Virus record (IMG/VR): IMGVR_UViG_3300042691_029560
Coordinates: 28,714 to 92,713 of that record
Source: a virus
Length of the DNA: 64,000 nt
Reading direction: 5' to 3' (one strand)
The notes beneath the pieces were generated by a model. That model did not search any database and was not told where the DNA came from. It saw only the letters and a list, made by a program, of their open reading frames with translations. Of the stretch, positions 9,565 to 19,667 are shown in pieces. The stretch's first letter is position 1; every line of letters begins with the position of its first letter. Both the position numbers and the translations under genes were made by a program.

Positions 9565-12500
9565 GAGTTCGCACCTCTACGCTTTAGAGTATCAATAAGT
9601 CTTTGAATCTCGTCAGCAGACTTGCTGTTCAGGTTCGTGATTCCAAGCTTACGCTTCTCTGCAGAAGTCAGACCAAGAGAGTTAGCCAGATCCTTGACAC
9701 GCTTAAGTTGTCTAGGAGTTGGCTTACCGGTGTCGACGCCAGCCTTAGGGTTTAGAGCCCTAAGTTGTCCAAGCATTGCACCCATCTGAGCCTTAGTCAA
9801 GTTTTTACTTGATAGGGCATCTTGAATTGCAGTAGCTAGTTCTGGATCGATGCCGTCTCTGTTGCCACCAAGTTCCTTGAGGTAGTCATACTGAGCGTCA
9901 GTAGCTGGCTCACCCATCTTAGGTGATACAACTGCGTTGCCAGGTTCTTGAGAAAAGCCGTCAGAATCATCATTAACATCATCATAATAACCTCGGCTGT
10001 TTTCAGCATCTTCATCAACAAGATCGCTGTTGTAGTAGTCTAGCTTTTCATTAGCAAATGCTAGGGCTTCTTCTTTAGAACCAAAAGTCTGAGAACCTTC
10101 GTCATATTGGAATTCTGCATCTTTATCCATGTATTGATACGAGTGATCTACTTCCCACTCACCGTCGCCCTTATACCAGACCTCAATCTGACTGTCAGAG
10201 TAAGGGTCTGTAGTATAACCACCATCGCTGTTTTGACTTAGTTTGTCATCCCTAACTGGAGTGCCTTTTCTGCCAGGTTCTTGGGCGAAACCACCCTGAT
10301 CTTTCTTACGGTTTTTCTTATCTAGAATTCTCTGAGCACGATCTACAAAATCACTAAGAGCATATCTAAACTCATCTGATACTCTAGCATCACCAAAGTC
10401 CTCATAAAGCCTTGCCATTCTATCGATAAACTCTTGCTCAGTACCATTTTCAATAGCTGTTGAAAGTTCTTTCTCTAGATTTGCTTCCGAGAAGTTTTGA
10501 GATAGATTTGAGTTATAGTCAGCTGCTTCGTTAGCTGCCCACTCAATCGCGTCATCGCGGTCATCAAACTCTTGCCTATCATACGCAGAATCTCCGCTAT
10601 CAGAACCATAAGTAATTCTAGCTTCGTACTTACCATTCTCGTTTGGCTCATTGTCAATGTTGATTTCTGCTCCACCGCTTCTGTAGTCTCCCCAGTAACC
10701 ATCATCTGCAGCTTCTGCAATCTTATCGGCATCTGTTGAATAGTAAATTTCTCTAGCAGTAGCCATTTCATCTTCAACGTCAGATAGATCTAAGTTTCTT
10801 AAATCGTCAGGATCTCTAAGAGCTGCTCGTATTCCAGCACGATCTTCAATTCTCTTAATAACTTGATCTCTCAGGTTATCGAGCTCGTCTGCCAAACTAG
10901 AGTCACTAGAATTATCTCTTCTAAGTCTAGATACAACATCTTGAAGATCGGAAGCAAACATGTAAGACTGCTCTACAGCCCAGTCTTTACCATATTTTTT
11001 ATTGTCTGGATTGTCTGGATCTGACTCTGCTAACATTTCTCTCAAGTTGTCGCCGTCTAACATAAGGAAAGTGTCCTCATTTGCAGCGTCAAGTCTTCTT
11101 GCAAGCTCATCAATTCGCTCACCCTTTAGAGAGTTGTAGTAAGCATCCATCTCACCAGCAACTTCGGCAGGTCCGCTTTCTGTAAAGTCGTCACCAGCAC
11201 GGTCGCGGTTGAACTGCTCTTCTCCAGGAATGCCTGGCTCCTGAGCAAAGCCGATAGTCTCTGGACGATCCTTCTTTCTACGAAGCTTGTCGTTTAGAGC
11301 ATCTACTTCAGCACGGTTCATGTTTGGTAGGTTGTCTAGGATGTCCTTGACTTCTTCTGGAGTTAGGTCCTTGGTCACAAGCTTGCTGTTCAATGACTGA
11401 AGAGCACGGTCGCTTGGCTTGTTAGGGTCGACGCCCGGTTTGAACGGAGCATCACGCATAGGGCCAATAAGTGCACTCATCTGTGCCTTAGTTAGGTTCT
11501 TGTTCGCAAGAGCTTCTGTAATTGCCTGAGCAGTTAGGTCGTCAGCTGGAACTCTTTCATCAGCGTACTCTTGTAGAAGAGCATACTGAGCAGGAGTTGC
11601 AGGTTCCATCTGCTTAGCAGACAAACCTCCAGTTTTTTCCTTGTTTTGCTTCTTATTGCCGTCAGCAATCTGCTTACGTAGCCATTTCTCGGCTGCCTCT
11701 GGACTATTGAATGATTTACTAGTAGTATTTCCTAGTCCATTTCTATTTTCAGGATTAGCGTATTTAGCAAACCATCTGTTAGATTCTGTACCGTCTTCAT
11801 TTTTATAGACGCCATACCTAACGTCAGATATGTTACCGTTGGCATCTTTATAAACTACGCCTCCTACTTTATCGACAGACTTAAGATCTAAAGCGTTTGG
11901 GTCCTCTTCTAATAGATCGGAACCGGTTCCTGGTTCTTGGGCGAATCCACCGCTCTTATCTTCACGGAAGAAGTCATAGTCTTCACCATTGTTTAGACCA
12001 ATCGTATCAAACCATTCACCAGGTCCAAAGCCTGATTCTTTGTCTGCTTCTAGGAATAGCTTATAAGCTAGTACTTCACTATGGTAGCGACTAGGTTTTT
12101 CAATAGCTCCCTTAATCTCTCTACCGTTGTACCCATTAGCAACTGCCATATCAGCAATTAAATTGTAATAGCTGTATGGATCACTTTCGGCGAGACCATT
12201 TAGATAATCATCGTTGTAGCTCATAGCATTTTGTACTAGATCGCTAAGTTCTTCATTGTCATAGTCACCAGCAAGTTCAGAAAGTTTTTCCGAATCAAAA
12301 TAACCATCGTCTTCTGCGCCAAGAGCACTTAAAATTTTATTAGCATCTTCTTCGCTCTTTGAGAAAAGATCTTTGTTAATTTTATCTTGCTCGTCCCAGG
12401 CATTCTGTACGTCAGATGCAAGGCCGGCAAGTTCACCATCTTGAGGAAGGTACTTAAATTGCTTAGATCTTGCAGCCCAACCAAATTGAGCTTTTTGTTG

Positions 12501-15500
12501 TTGAAGATCTCGGATTTCATCTCTATTATCAGATTTATCAATTTTACCCTGAAGAATATCTTCAGCTTCTTTGACAGCTCGATTTACTTTATCACGTATT
12601 GGCTTATTAGCTGCTTTAGGAGTAAAATCAATTCTACCCTTTGGATAGTTTGTCCAAGCATAGTTTTTAGCTGGCTCTTCGCCACCAGGACGTTGAGCAA
12701 AGCCTTCACCTTCAGAGCCAAAACCAATCTCGTTTAGCCAGTGATCATTGTTCTGATCCTCAGCCCAGGTGTTCATTTCTGCGTCAAGAACATAGTCATG
12801 ATAGTTATAAGGTTTCTCAATCATACGTTTGAACTCAGATGGGCTTGCATTTATAGCTTCAGCAGCATTCGCAATTTTGTAGAAGTATTCAGCAGGATTT
12901 GTACGAGCTAAATTGTCTAGGTAGTTTTCATTTAGCTCTTTAATTTCCTGAGCAGCTTCGTAGTCTTCATCATCCTCGTCTAGACCGCCGTCTTCAATAA
13001 AAGCATACTTCTCAACAAGTCTCTTAGCTAGAGCTTTGTTCTTTGCTCTAACTTCTGGGCTTGGTCCGTTTCCAGGTGCTTGACCAAAGCCTCCGTAATC
13101 AAGATCGGCAGCGTAATCCTCTGCGTCCTGATTTACTTCCATACTGTTGTAGTAATTAAGTTTTTCGTTAGCAAATGCTAGAGCTTCTCCCTTAGTGTCG
13201 AAGGTCTTAGAGCCTTCGTCAAACGGCAACTCTCCTCTAGATTTGTCCATGTGAATGAACTGGTGGTTTACTTCCCACTTACCGTCATTGGTAGGGTTGA
13301 CTTCAATTTGACCTGGCTCACCAAAAGTAGTGCTAAGAGAACCGTCGTCACTCGTAATCAATTTGGAATTGTTTATAGGAGTATATTTTCTGCCAGGTTC
13401 TTGAGCGAAACCTCCGGACTCAAGATCAGCGGCGGCATCTTCTGCATCTGAGAATACCTTGTCACCGTTGTAGTAGTCTAGTTTTTCGTTAGCAAATACA
13501 AGAGCTTGCTTTATAGAATCAAACTTCTGAGAACCTTCGTCAAATGCAAACTCATTTCCAGAGCGTGCCATGTGGTTGTACGCGTGGCTTACTTCCCATT
13601 TACCGTCATCAGTAGGGTTGACTTCAATTTGCTTGTTAGAAGTTGGACTAGTACTGTAACCACGATTGCTAGTTGGCTGTAACACTTCTGGTTTGCCAGT
13701 TGCTTGAGCGAAGCCAGCTGCAGGAGATTCTCCGTTAGCGTCTCTAAGAGCTCGATCAATAGCCTCAACAGCGTCTTGTTTAGCCTTAAGTGGGTCACCA
13801 AACCCTAAGTTAGCTTTATCAATGTCTTCGATTGCTTGTCTAATTTCATCTTCGTAGTCTGGAACAATGTCTACAGGCTTACCATCGAAGGTGACCACAA
13901 GGAAATTACCGTCAGGATCTCCTTCTACGACTACCTTTAGGCGTCCGTCTGCAGAAGTAAAGTTTCCGCTTCTATCCCAGAGATCAGGATTGTCAGCTGC
14001 CTTACGGTCAATCTTAGGAGTGTAGCTAATTGAAAGATCTGCACTCTTGCCAACCTCAGCAAGAAGCTTGCCCATCTCGCCTTTGGTTAGGGCCTTGTTA
14101 GCAACGGCTTCTTCAACCATATCGCGAACGTCGGTTGGAAGTTTTTCACCTTGGTTATCTAAGATACCCTGAAGCTTGTTGTACTGTAGGGAGCTAGCTG
14201 GGTCTTTAGTCCAGGCTGGTGGCTCGTCGCCAGGTTCTTGAGCAAAACCGCCCATCTCGTCTGGAGACTTTCTAGCGTTTCCTTCAAGTTCTGAGAACAG
14301 ACGTTCGCCGTCTTCAAGTGCCTTGTCTAGATTATCTGTAGGTTCACCCTGGCCCATAATTTCACCATTACGGTTGTAGGCGATAGGGGTAATCATACCC
14401 TTGTCTTTTTCTAGACGTACAATTCCACCATCTTCTGTTTCTGCAGTAGCAGCAAAGAAAATATCACTATCTGGATATAGAAGGAATTTTCCGCGTTTAT
14501 TTGAAGACTCACCAGGCTTTTGATCAAATCCACCGGTTTGCTTCTTTAGGAATTTGTCAACTAAAACACCTACGTCTTTTGCTAGGTCTGCTGAATCGTA
14601 GCCCCAACCAATGTAAGGAAGCTCACCAACCCATTCGCCATCGTAAGATACAGAAATACGAGATAGGTTTGTACCACCAAATCCCATGTCTGGTTCTCCA
14701 TCTGCCATTGACTCAAGAGTCAATCTTCCATCTGGAGACTTGTAGGTAGCGTCATTACCGCCTTCAGGATCTCCGAACCAGTGGCTTAGGTTGGCAATGT
14801 GAGCCTCGTCAACTCCACCAGCTTGGCCGGCTGATTGGGAGAATCCTTCGATATCATCGGTTCTTTCACCGTACTTGATATTCGGTCCGCCTCTAAGAAG
14901 TTCTTTAAGATCCGAAACAATTTCTTCTGCTTCTCTTTCAACACCTTCAGGCTCCATGTCTGGGTATCGAGAACTATCGTCAACTAAAACAAAATTCTGT
15001 ACGTAGCCAATTGGTTTTCCATCATAACTAACTTCCCAGTCTCCACCTTCTACATAGGCAGAAGCAGCTCCTTTATTGGTTTCATAGTCATAATCACCAG
15101 ATTTGTCTACATATTTTATTTCAAGTTTTCCGTCCTTAGACTTCCACTCGTCTCTAAAATCAAAACTACTGTCAAGTTCACCAGAATAGTCTTTGGCTAA
15201 GTTACGTCGCTTAGGACTGCTATTAAGGTGCTTTGAGATTACATTCTCAATTTCATCAGCATAGTCGTCAATATCCATGAGCTCGATTGGTTGAGAGTAT
15301 GGTCTATCGATGTATCTAACAGGCTGTCCATCTTCTAGATCTATAGTATATTTTTCCCCATCAACAGATACTTCTAGATAAGATGTATCGACTGCAGGAT
15401 CATCTGCATAATAGCCAGCATCAGCGTCTCGGACGTAAGTAATCTTAATTCTTCCATCTCTAGAAACCCAGGTACGGTCCTTAAATGCTTCGGCAGACCA

Positions 15501-18500
15501 GTTGGCGTCTTTAAATGCGTCTACTGGAAGCTTATATTTTAGAGGCTCATCTTCTCCAGGCGCTTGAGCAAAACCTTCAATGTCATCTTGACCAGGAAGA
15601 TCTGCTAGAGAAATGTCATTTGCAGCCTTTTCTGCTGCACCAATGCTCTTGAAGTTTGATGACGCACCTAGTTCGCCACCATCCTGAGAAATTGGAGTTA
15701 CGTCCCAGGTACCATCGCCCTTAGGTGTGTAACGCATCATCAAACCTTCAGAGTTTTTCTTCAATAGGTTTGGACTTGCGTCTTCCCAGCCGTTGGTGTC
15801 TGGCATACCCTTTAGACGAGTAATGAGATCTGAAGCTTCATCCTTGGTCATCTTTGGAAGACGCTTGCTTAGATCAGCGGCTTCTTTAGCAGGAAGACCC
15901 TTAGAAATTAGACCACGGCGGATAGACGCTAGTTGTCTATCTGAAGGTACGTTGGTGTCAACGGCCTTTCGCATCTCACCAATTACGGCACCAATTTCGC
16001 CCTTAGTTGCTTCTTTGTTTGCAAGAATATCTTGCATAGACTTACGAAGTTCTTCTGGAAGTTTGTCACCCTGCTTTTCTAGGATGTTAGCTACGAATCC
16101 ACGCTGGGCATCGGTTGCTGGGTCAGAAGATTTTCCACCCGGTTCTTGACTGAAACCAGGCATTTGATCATAACCTTCAAAGCCATCAACGTCATAGTAA
16201 TCCCGATCATTTGATTTAGCTTGAGCGTTACCAAAAGCTTCGTCAAGCGCACCTATTTTTCCGTCTTCACCTTCACCATAGTTTTTAGGGTCATAGCCAT
16301 CACTAAACTCGCGCTCTTTGTCACCACCAAATGGACTTTTAACGAGACTACCACCTACAACATCAACAGTACCGTCGGAATACTGAGTTATCTCAGCTGA
16401 ACCGGCGTCACCTTCGTAGAACCAAACACGTTTTCCTGCTGCTTTATCGGATTCAGACGTTATTTCTTTGAAGTCTTTTCCGTAAGCCTTAACAAGATCG
16501 TCAACGGTATTAATTTCTGGTTCATTGCCAGGTGCTTGATAGAAGCCATCTCTTTCCCAGTCTTCAGGACCCTCTGGTGGCTCTGGTGGATCGTAGTCAC
16601 TCTCTCCAGCACCAAATATACCTGCAATATCGTCCATGGAAGAGCCCAAAGGAAGTGACTCATAACTAGTGTCTACATCTTGACTAGGTGGCTCATCCCA
16701 GCCTCCAGGATTGTATTTACCGGCAGTATATTGAGTTAATTCGGCTGCTCCACCAGGATAAATTTCTAGTTCTGCGTACTTGTAGTTATCTTCACTACCT
16801 AATGTTAGAAATATCACACCATCATCATCAGGGAATACATCTCCTGAATACCCGTATTCCTCTGCAAGATTTTTAATAGCAGCTAACTCTTCATCAGAAT
16901 AAAAAGAACTCTCAGAAGACCCATTTTCATAGTCGTCATATTTTTTAAGTTGAGCAGCGATTACATCGTGGTACTTAGCGTATTCAGGGTCCTCTAGCAA
17001 AGATTTCATTGCTTCTGCATCTAAATCCTTGAAAGACGTAAATACTTTAGCTTTTAATCCACGGTTGTACTTAATTTGCTCAATTTTGGCCTCGCGAGCC
17101 TTTTTTACATCTGACTTAAGTGGTTCTAAGCCATCTTTTTCACGTTTTTTATTTTTTGGAAATGCAAAGATTCCTTCTATATCATTCTGGGATCTTAAGT
17201 TATAACCATACTCACTGCTTAAAACACCAACACCAATGGTGTCTCCACTGTAGTACCTTTTACCAGCATTTTCTCCTTCGGTAATATTTATTTCAAAATT
17301 ACTCGGGTTAGGATTATTTTCTTGTCCACTCCAAGGCGTATATACAATCTCGTGGCCATAAGCTGACCATTTTCTAATGCCTTTGGCAGCATCTTCGGGG
17401 GTGGTAACTTCTACTGCATCATACTTTTTTGCAAAATCGTCAAGATTAATATTCTCCCCACCAGGTGCTTGATCATAGCCATAAAAATCGCGATTGTCGC
17501 GATCCTCGTCGTATGTGTCTGGCTCATCATCAGAATTATCGTAGTTTTCATAACCCTCATCCATCAGTCCAGCTAAGTCGTCTAAGCTAGAACCGGCTGG
17601 AATACTATTTCCATCACTTCTAACGTCAGCATCTGCTGGGCTATCCCAGGATGCTGCATAACGCTTTGCAACATAAAAGTTTTCTAGGTCTGCGGATCCA
17701 TCTGCACGTACAATTAGCTCAGCCCATGCGTCTCCAGCGTCATCGCCTTTTACTAGAGATATATATGGTTCTTCTCCTAAATATTCACCTCTAGGTAAGC
17801 CGTAACCAAACTCATCCATTAATTTTTGAATATCCTCGAGTTCTTTATTTGTCCAGTACGGGCTATCAGCTTCCCCTGCTTCATATGCCTTTGCTTTTTC
17901 TAACTGCTTACTAGCATAATCATGATGTGCCGCATATTCAGGATTGTCGAGTACTGACTGGATCTGCTCAATAGATCCAGTATTAATTCCACGATATGCG
18001 CGAATTTCAGCTACATCTTTAGGGGATATTCTTTGAGCTTTTGATACGAGCTCTTCCGCATTTGCAATTGCACGATCTTTTAGTTCGGTGCTTTCATATG
18101 CTGCGTTTTTCTTGTTTTCCAGATTTTTTTGTAGTGCTTCTACGTCGCCAAATCGAACAGCTTTTTGTCGATCGTAATATGATTCAAAATTATTGTAGAA
18201 TTTAGGATCACCGTATTCAAAAACACCATAGTCGTACTCTTTCTCACCAGGAGCTTGCTCGAAGCCTTCATTATTTTCTAATAGATCCTTAGGAGATAGT
18301 TTTTTATTTCTGCCAGGTTCTTGAGCGAAGCCCTTAGCTGGCTGCTGTTTGCGTAGACGTGCTTTTGCTTTTGGAGCCTTACCCTTACCAGAGTCATTAT
18401 CTGCGGCAAGCTTTTGAAGGTTTGCCCATTCCTGAGCGTAGCCAACAAAATCTCCAAATTCATCTGACAAAGAAAGTACAGGTTTGTTTGAATCATATGA

Positions 18501-19577
18501 GCCATCAGGACCAGCACCAATAAATTTTGAGCCCGAAGGTGCTTGCTCGCCGGATGGAAGAGTTGAAACAGAGTAGCCGTCTGCAGACGTAAAGGTGCCA
18601 TCACCATTGTCAGTCCAACCAGTTGGAGCAGACTTGCGGTTTGCTAGAAGTTCTTGTAGTGGAATTGCGTAACGTGAGTTTTTAGAGTCTGCCTTAAATG
18701 CTGGAGCTTCTCCAGTTCTAAGAATAGCTTTTAGACCTTCTACCTTAGATGCAGGAACAGAATAGATACCTGATGGAAGATCGGCTCCTCCTCCAGAAAT
18801 TTCAACTTCAATCCTGTCGCTGTCTTGTGGGTTACCAGCAAACTTACCAACGAACGACTTAATCATGTCGCCAATCATGGCAAATATACGAGATCCACCA
18901 CCCATCTCAGCAAATCGACCCTTACGGTCACGACGTTGCAACTTGGCACGTGCAGAACGTGCTGCTGAAGAGTTATTTCCAGCGAATGGGTTTCCGATAC
19001 CAAAAGCAGCGGTAATTGCTTGAATCTTAATGTCTGCTGGAACAGAAGCAGTTAGTGCCTCTAGACGTGCAGCAGCGTAGATGCTCTTGCTACTTCTTGG
19101 CTGTTGAACAAATGCCTCAAAGACTGCTTTACGTACAGACTCGTCAGTGATGCGTGGGTCGTAGGAAACCCAAGCAGCATTACGGACGCGACGTGCAGAT
19201 GCAGTAATCGGGCCAACGGTTTTTGTTGAGTACGGGTGAGCACTAGGGAGTAGGTCCCTAAACTCTACTACCGGAGCTTTATTGGAAGCCGGACCGTCGA
19301 TAGCGTAGTCAACAAAATTGGTTACTTCACGCGCAGCGTGGAAGAAAATGTCTCGAGGGTCTTCGATGTCTAGTTTGCTTGCAATGTAACGATCTGTGTA
19401 GTTAAGAACGTCTTTTAGTGCTACTTGTCTTACCGAGGCAACTAACGCGTTTCTTTCAACAACGTAGTTTATAACGCCTCTCTTAAAGATCTGCTCACTC
19501 TCGGTGACAGTTATTTCTAGATCTTTTTCACTTAAGCTCTCTAGAGCAGCAACTAGGGGATTCAAATTTTCACTCAC
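9552..19577 (-). CDS. Giant acidic modular protein (3341 aa), probable internal head/ejection polyprotein
   Basis: Lies between portal/Dps and the protease; 18 G[FY]xQxPG-type motifs separate internally duplicated modules; N-terminal DLLPxxHP and RRDRKGRF motifs. Confidence 0.8.
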   Translation of the reverse strand: MSENLNPLVAALESLSEKDLEITVTESEQIFKRGVINYVVERNALVASVRQVALKDVLNYTDRYIASKLDIEDPRDIFFHAAREVTNFVDYAIDGPASNKAPVVEFRDLLPSAHPYSTKTVGPITASARRVRNAAWVSYDPRITDESVRKAVFEAFVQQPRSSKSIYAAARLEALTASVPADIKIQAITAAFGIGNPFAGNNSSAARSARAKLQRRDRKGRFAEMGGGSRIFAMIGDMIKSFVGKFAGNPQDSDRIEVEISGGGADLPSGIYSVPASKVEGLKAILRTGEAPAFKADSKNSRYAIPLQELLANRKSAPTGWTDNGDGTFTSADGYSVSTLPSGEQAPSGSKFIGAGPDGSYDSNKPVLSLSDEFGDFVGYAQEWANLQKLAADNDSGKGKAPKAKARLRKQQPAKGFAQEPGRNKKLSPKDLLENNEGFEQAPGEKEYDYGVFEYGDPKFYNNFESYYDRQKAVRFGDVEALQKNLENKKNAAYESTELKDRAIANAEELVSKAQRISPKDVAEIRAYRGINTGSIEQIQSVLDNPEYAAHHDYASKQLEKAKAYEAGEADSPYWTNKELEDIQKLMDEFGYGLPRGEYLGEEPYISLVKGDDAGDAWAELIVRADGSADLENFYVAKRYAASWDSPADADVRSDGNSIPAGSSLDDLAGLMDEGYENYDNSDDEPDTYDEDRDNRDFYGYDQAPGGENINLDDFAKKYDAVEVTTPEDAAKGIRKWSAYGHEIVYTPWSGQENNPNPSNFEINITEGENAGKRYYSGDTIGVGVLSSEYGYNLRSQNDIEGIFAFPKNKKREKDGLEPLKSDVKKAREAKIEQIKYNRGLKAKVFTSFKDLDAEAMKSLLEDPEYAKYHDVIAAQLKKYDDYENGSSESSFYSDEELAAIKNLAEEYGYSGDVFPDDDGVIFLTLGSEDNYKYAELEIYPGGAAELTQYTAGKYNPGGWDEPPSQDVDTSYESLPLGSSMDDIAGIFGAGESDYDPPEPPEGPEDWERDGFYQAPGNEPEINTVDDLVKAYGKDFKEITSESDKAAGKRVWFYEGDAGSAEITQYSDGTVDVVGGSLVKSPFGGDKEREFSDGYDPKNYGEGEDGKIGALDEAFGNAQAKSNDRDYYDVDGFEGYDQMPGFSQEPGGKSSDPATDAQRGFVANILEKQGDKLPEELRKSMQDILANKEATKGEIGAVIGEMRKAVDTNVPSDRQLASIRRGLISKGLPAKEAADLSKRLPKMTKDEASDLITRLKGMPDTNGWEDASPNLLKKNSEGLMMRYTPKGDGTWDVTPISQDGGELGASSNFKSIGAAEKAANDISLADLPGQDDIEGFAQAPGEDEPLKYKLPVDAFKDANWSAEAFKDRTWVSRDGRIKITYVRDADAGYYADDPAVDTSYLEVSVDGEKYTIDLEDGQPVRYIDRPYSQPIELMDIDDYADEIENVISKHLNSSPKRRNLAKDYSGELDSSFDFRDEWKSKDGKLEIKYVDKSGDYDYETNKGAASAYVEGGDWEVSYDGKPIGYVQNFVLVDDSSRYPDMEPEGVEREAEEIVSDLKELLRGGPNIKYGERTDDIEGFSQSAGQAGGVDEAHIANLSHWFGDPEGGNDATYKSPDGRLTLESMADGEPDMGFGGTNLSRISVSYDGEWVGELPYIGWGYDSADLAKDVGVLVDKFLKKQTGGFDQKPGESSNKRGKFLLYPDSDIFFAATAETEDGGIVRLEKDKGMITPIAYNRNGEIMGQGEPTDNLDKALEDGERLFSELEGNARKSPDEMGGFAQEPGDEPPAWTKDPASSLQYNKLQGILDNQGEKLPTDVRDMVEEAVANKALTKGEMGKLLAEVGKSADLSISYTPKIDRKAADNPDLWDRSGNFTSADGRLKVVVEGDPDGNFLVVTFDGKPVDIVPDYEDEIRQAIEDIDKANLGFGDPLKAKQDAVEAIDRALRDANGESPAAGFAQATGKPEVLQPTSNRGYSTSPTSNKQIEVNPTDDGKWEVSHAYNHMARSGNEFAFDEGSQKFDSIKQALVFANEKLDYYNGDKVFSDAEDAAADLESGGFAQEPGRKYTPINNSKLITSDDGSLSTTFGEPGQIEVNPTNDGKWEVNHQFIHMDKSRGELPFDEGSKTFDTKGEALAFANEKLNYYNSMEVNQDAEDYAADLDYGGFGQAPGNGPSPEVRAKNKALAKRLVEKYAFIEDGGLDEDDEDYEAAQEIKELNENYLDNLARTNPAEYFYKIANAAEAINASPSEFKRMIEKPYNYHDYVLDAEMNTWAEDQNNDHWLNEIGFGSEGEGFAQRPGGEEPAKNYAWTNYPKGRIDFTPKAANKPIRDKVNRAVKEAEDILQGKIDKSDNRDEIRDLQQQKAQFGWAARSKQFKYLPQDGELAGLASDVQNAWDEQDKINKDLFSKSEEDANKILSALGAEDDGYFDSEKLSELAGDYDNEELSDLVQNAMSYNDDYLNGLAESDPYSYYNLIADMAVANGYNGREIKGAIEKPSRYHSEVLAYKLFLEADKESGFGPGEWFDTIGLNNGEDYDFFREDKSGGFAQEPGTGSDLLEEDPNALDLKSVDKVGGVVYKDANGNISDVRYGVYKNEDGTESNRWFAKYANPENRNGLGNTTSKSFNSPEAAEKWLRKQIADGNKKQNKEKTGGLSAKQMEPATPAQYALLQEYADERVPADDLTAQAITEALANKNLTKAQMSALIGPMRDAPFKPGVDPNKPSDRALQSLNSKLVTKDLTPEEVKDILDNLPNMNRAEVDALNDKLRRKKDRPETIGFAQEPGIPGEEQFNRDRAGDDFTESGPAEVAGEMDAYYNSLKGERIDELARRLDAANEDTFLMLDGDNLREMLAESDPDNPDNKKYGKDWAVEQSYMFASDLQDVVSRLRRDNSSDSSLADELDNLRDQVIKRIEDRAGIRAALRDPDDLRNLDLSDVEDEMATAREIYYSTDADKIAEAADDGYWGDYRSGGAEINIDNEPNENGKYEARITYGSDSGDSAYDRQEFDDRDDAIEWAANEAADYNSNLSQNFSEANLEKELSTAIENGTEQEFIDRMARLYEDFGDARVSDEFRYALSDFVDRAQRILDKKNRKKDQGGFAQEPGRKGTPVRDDKLSQNSDGGYTTDPYSDSQIEVWYKGDGEWEVDHSYQYMDKDAEFQYDEGSQTFGSKEEALAFANEKLDYYNSDLVDEDAENSRGYYDDVNDDSDGFSQEPGNAVVSPKMGEPATDAQYDYLKELGGNRDGIDPELATAIQDALSSKNLTKAQMGAMLGQLRALNPKAGVDTGKPTPRQLKRVKDLANSLGLTSAEKRKLGITNLNSKSADEIQRLIDTLKRRGANSPKA

Positions 19578-19667
19578 TTAGGAGTACCTTCCTACTACAG
19601 GTATCGCGACTGTTTTATTGTAACAAACTTAGAAAAAGTTTATCGTATTATGTGTACTTTGATTAGT

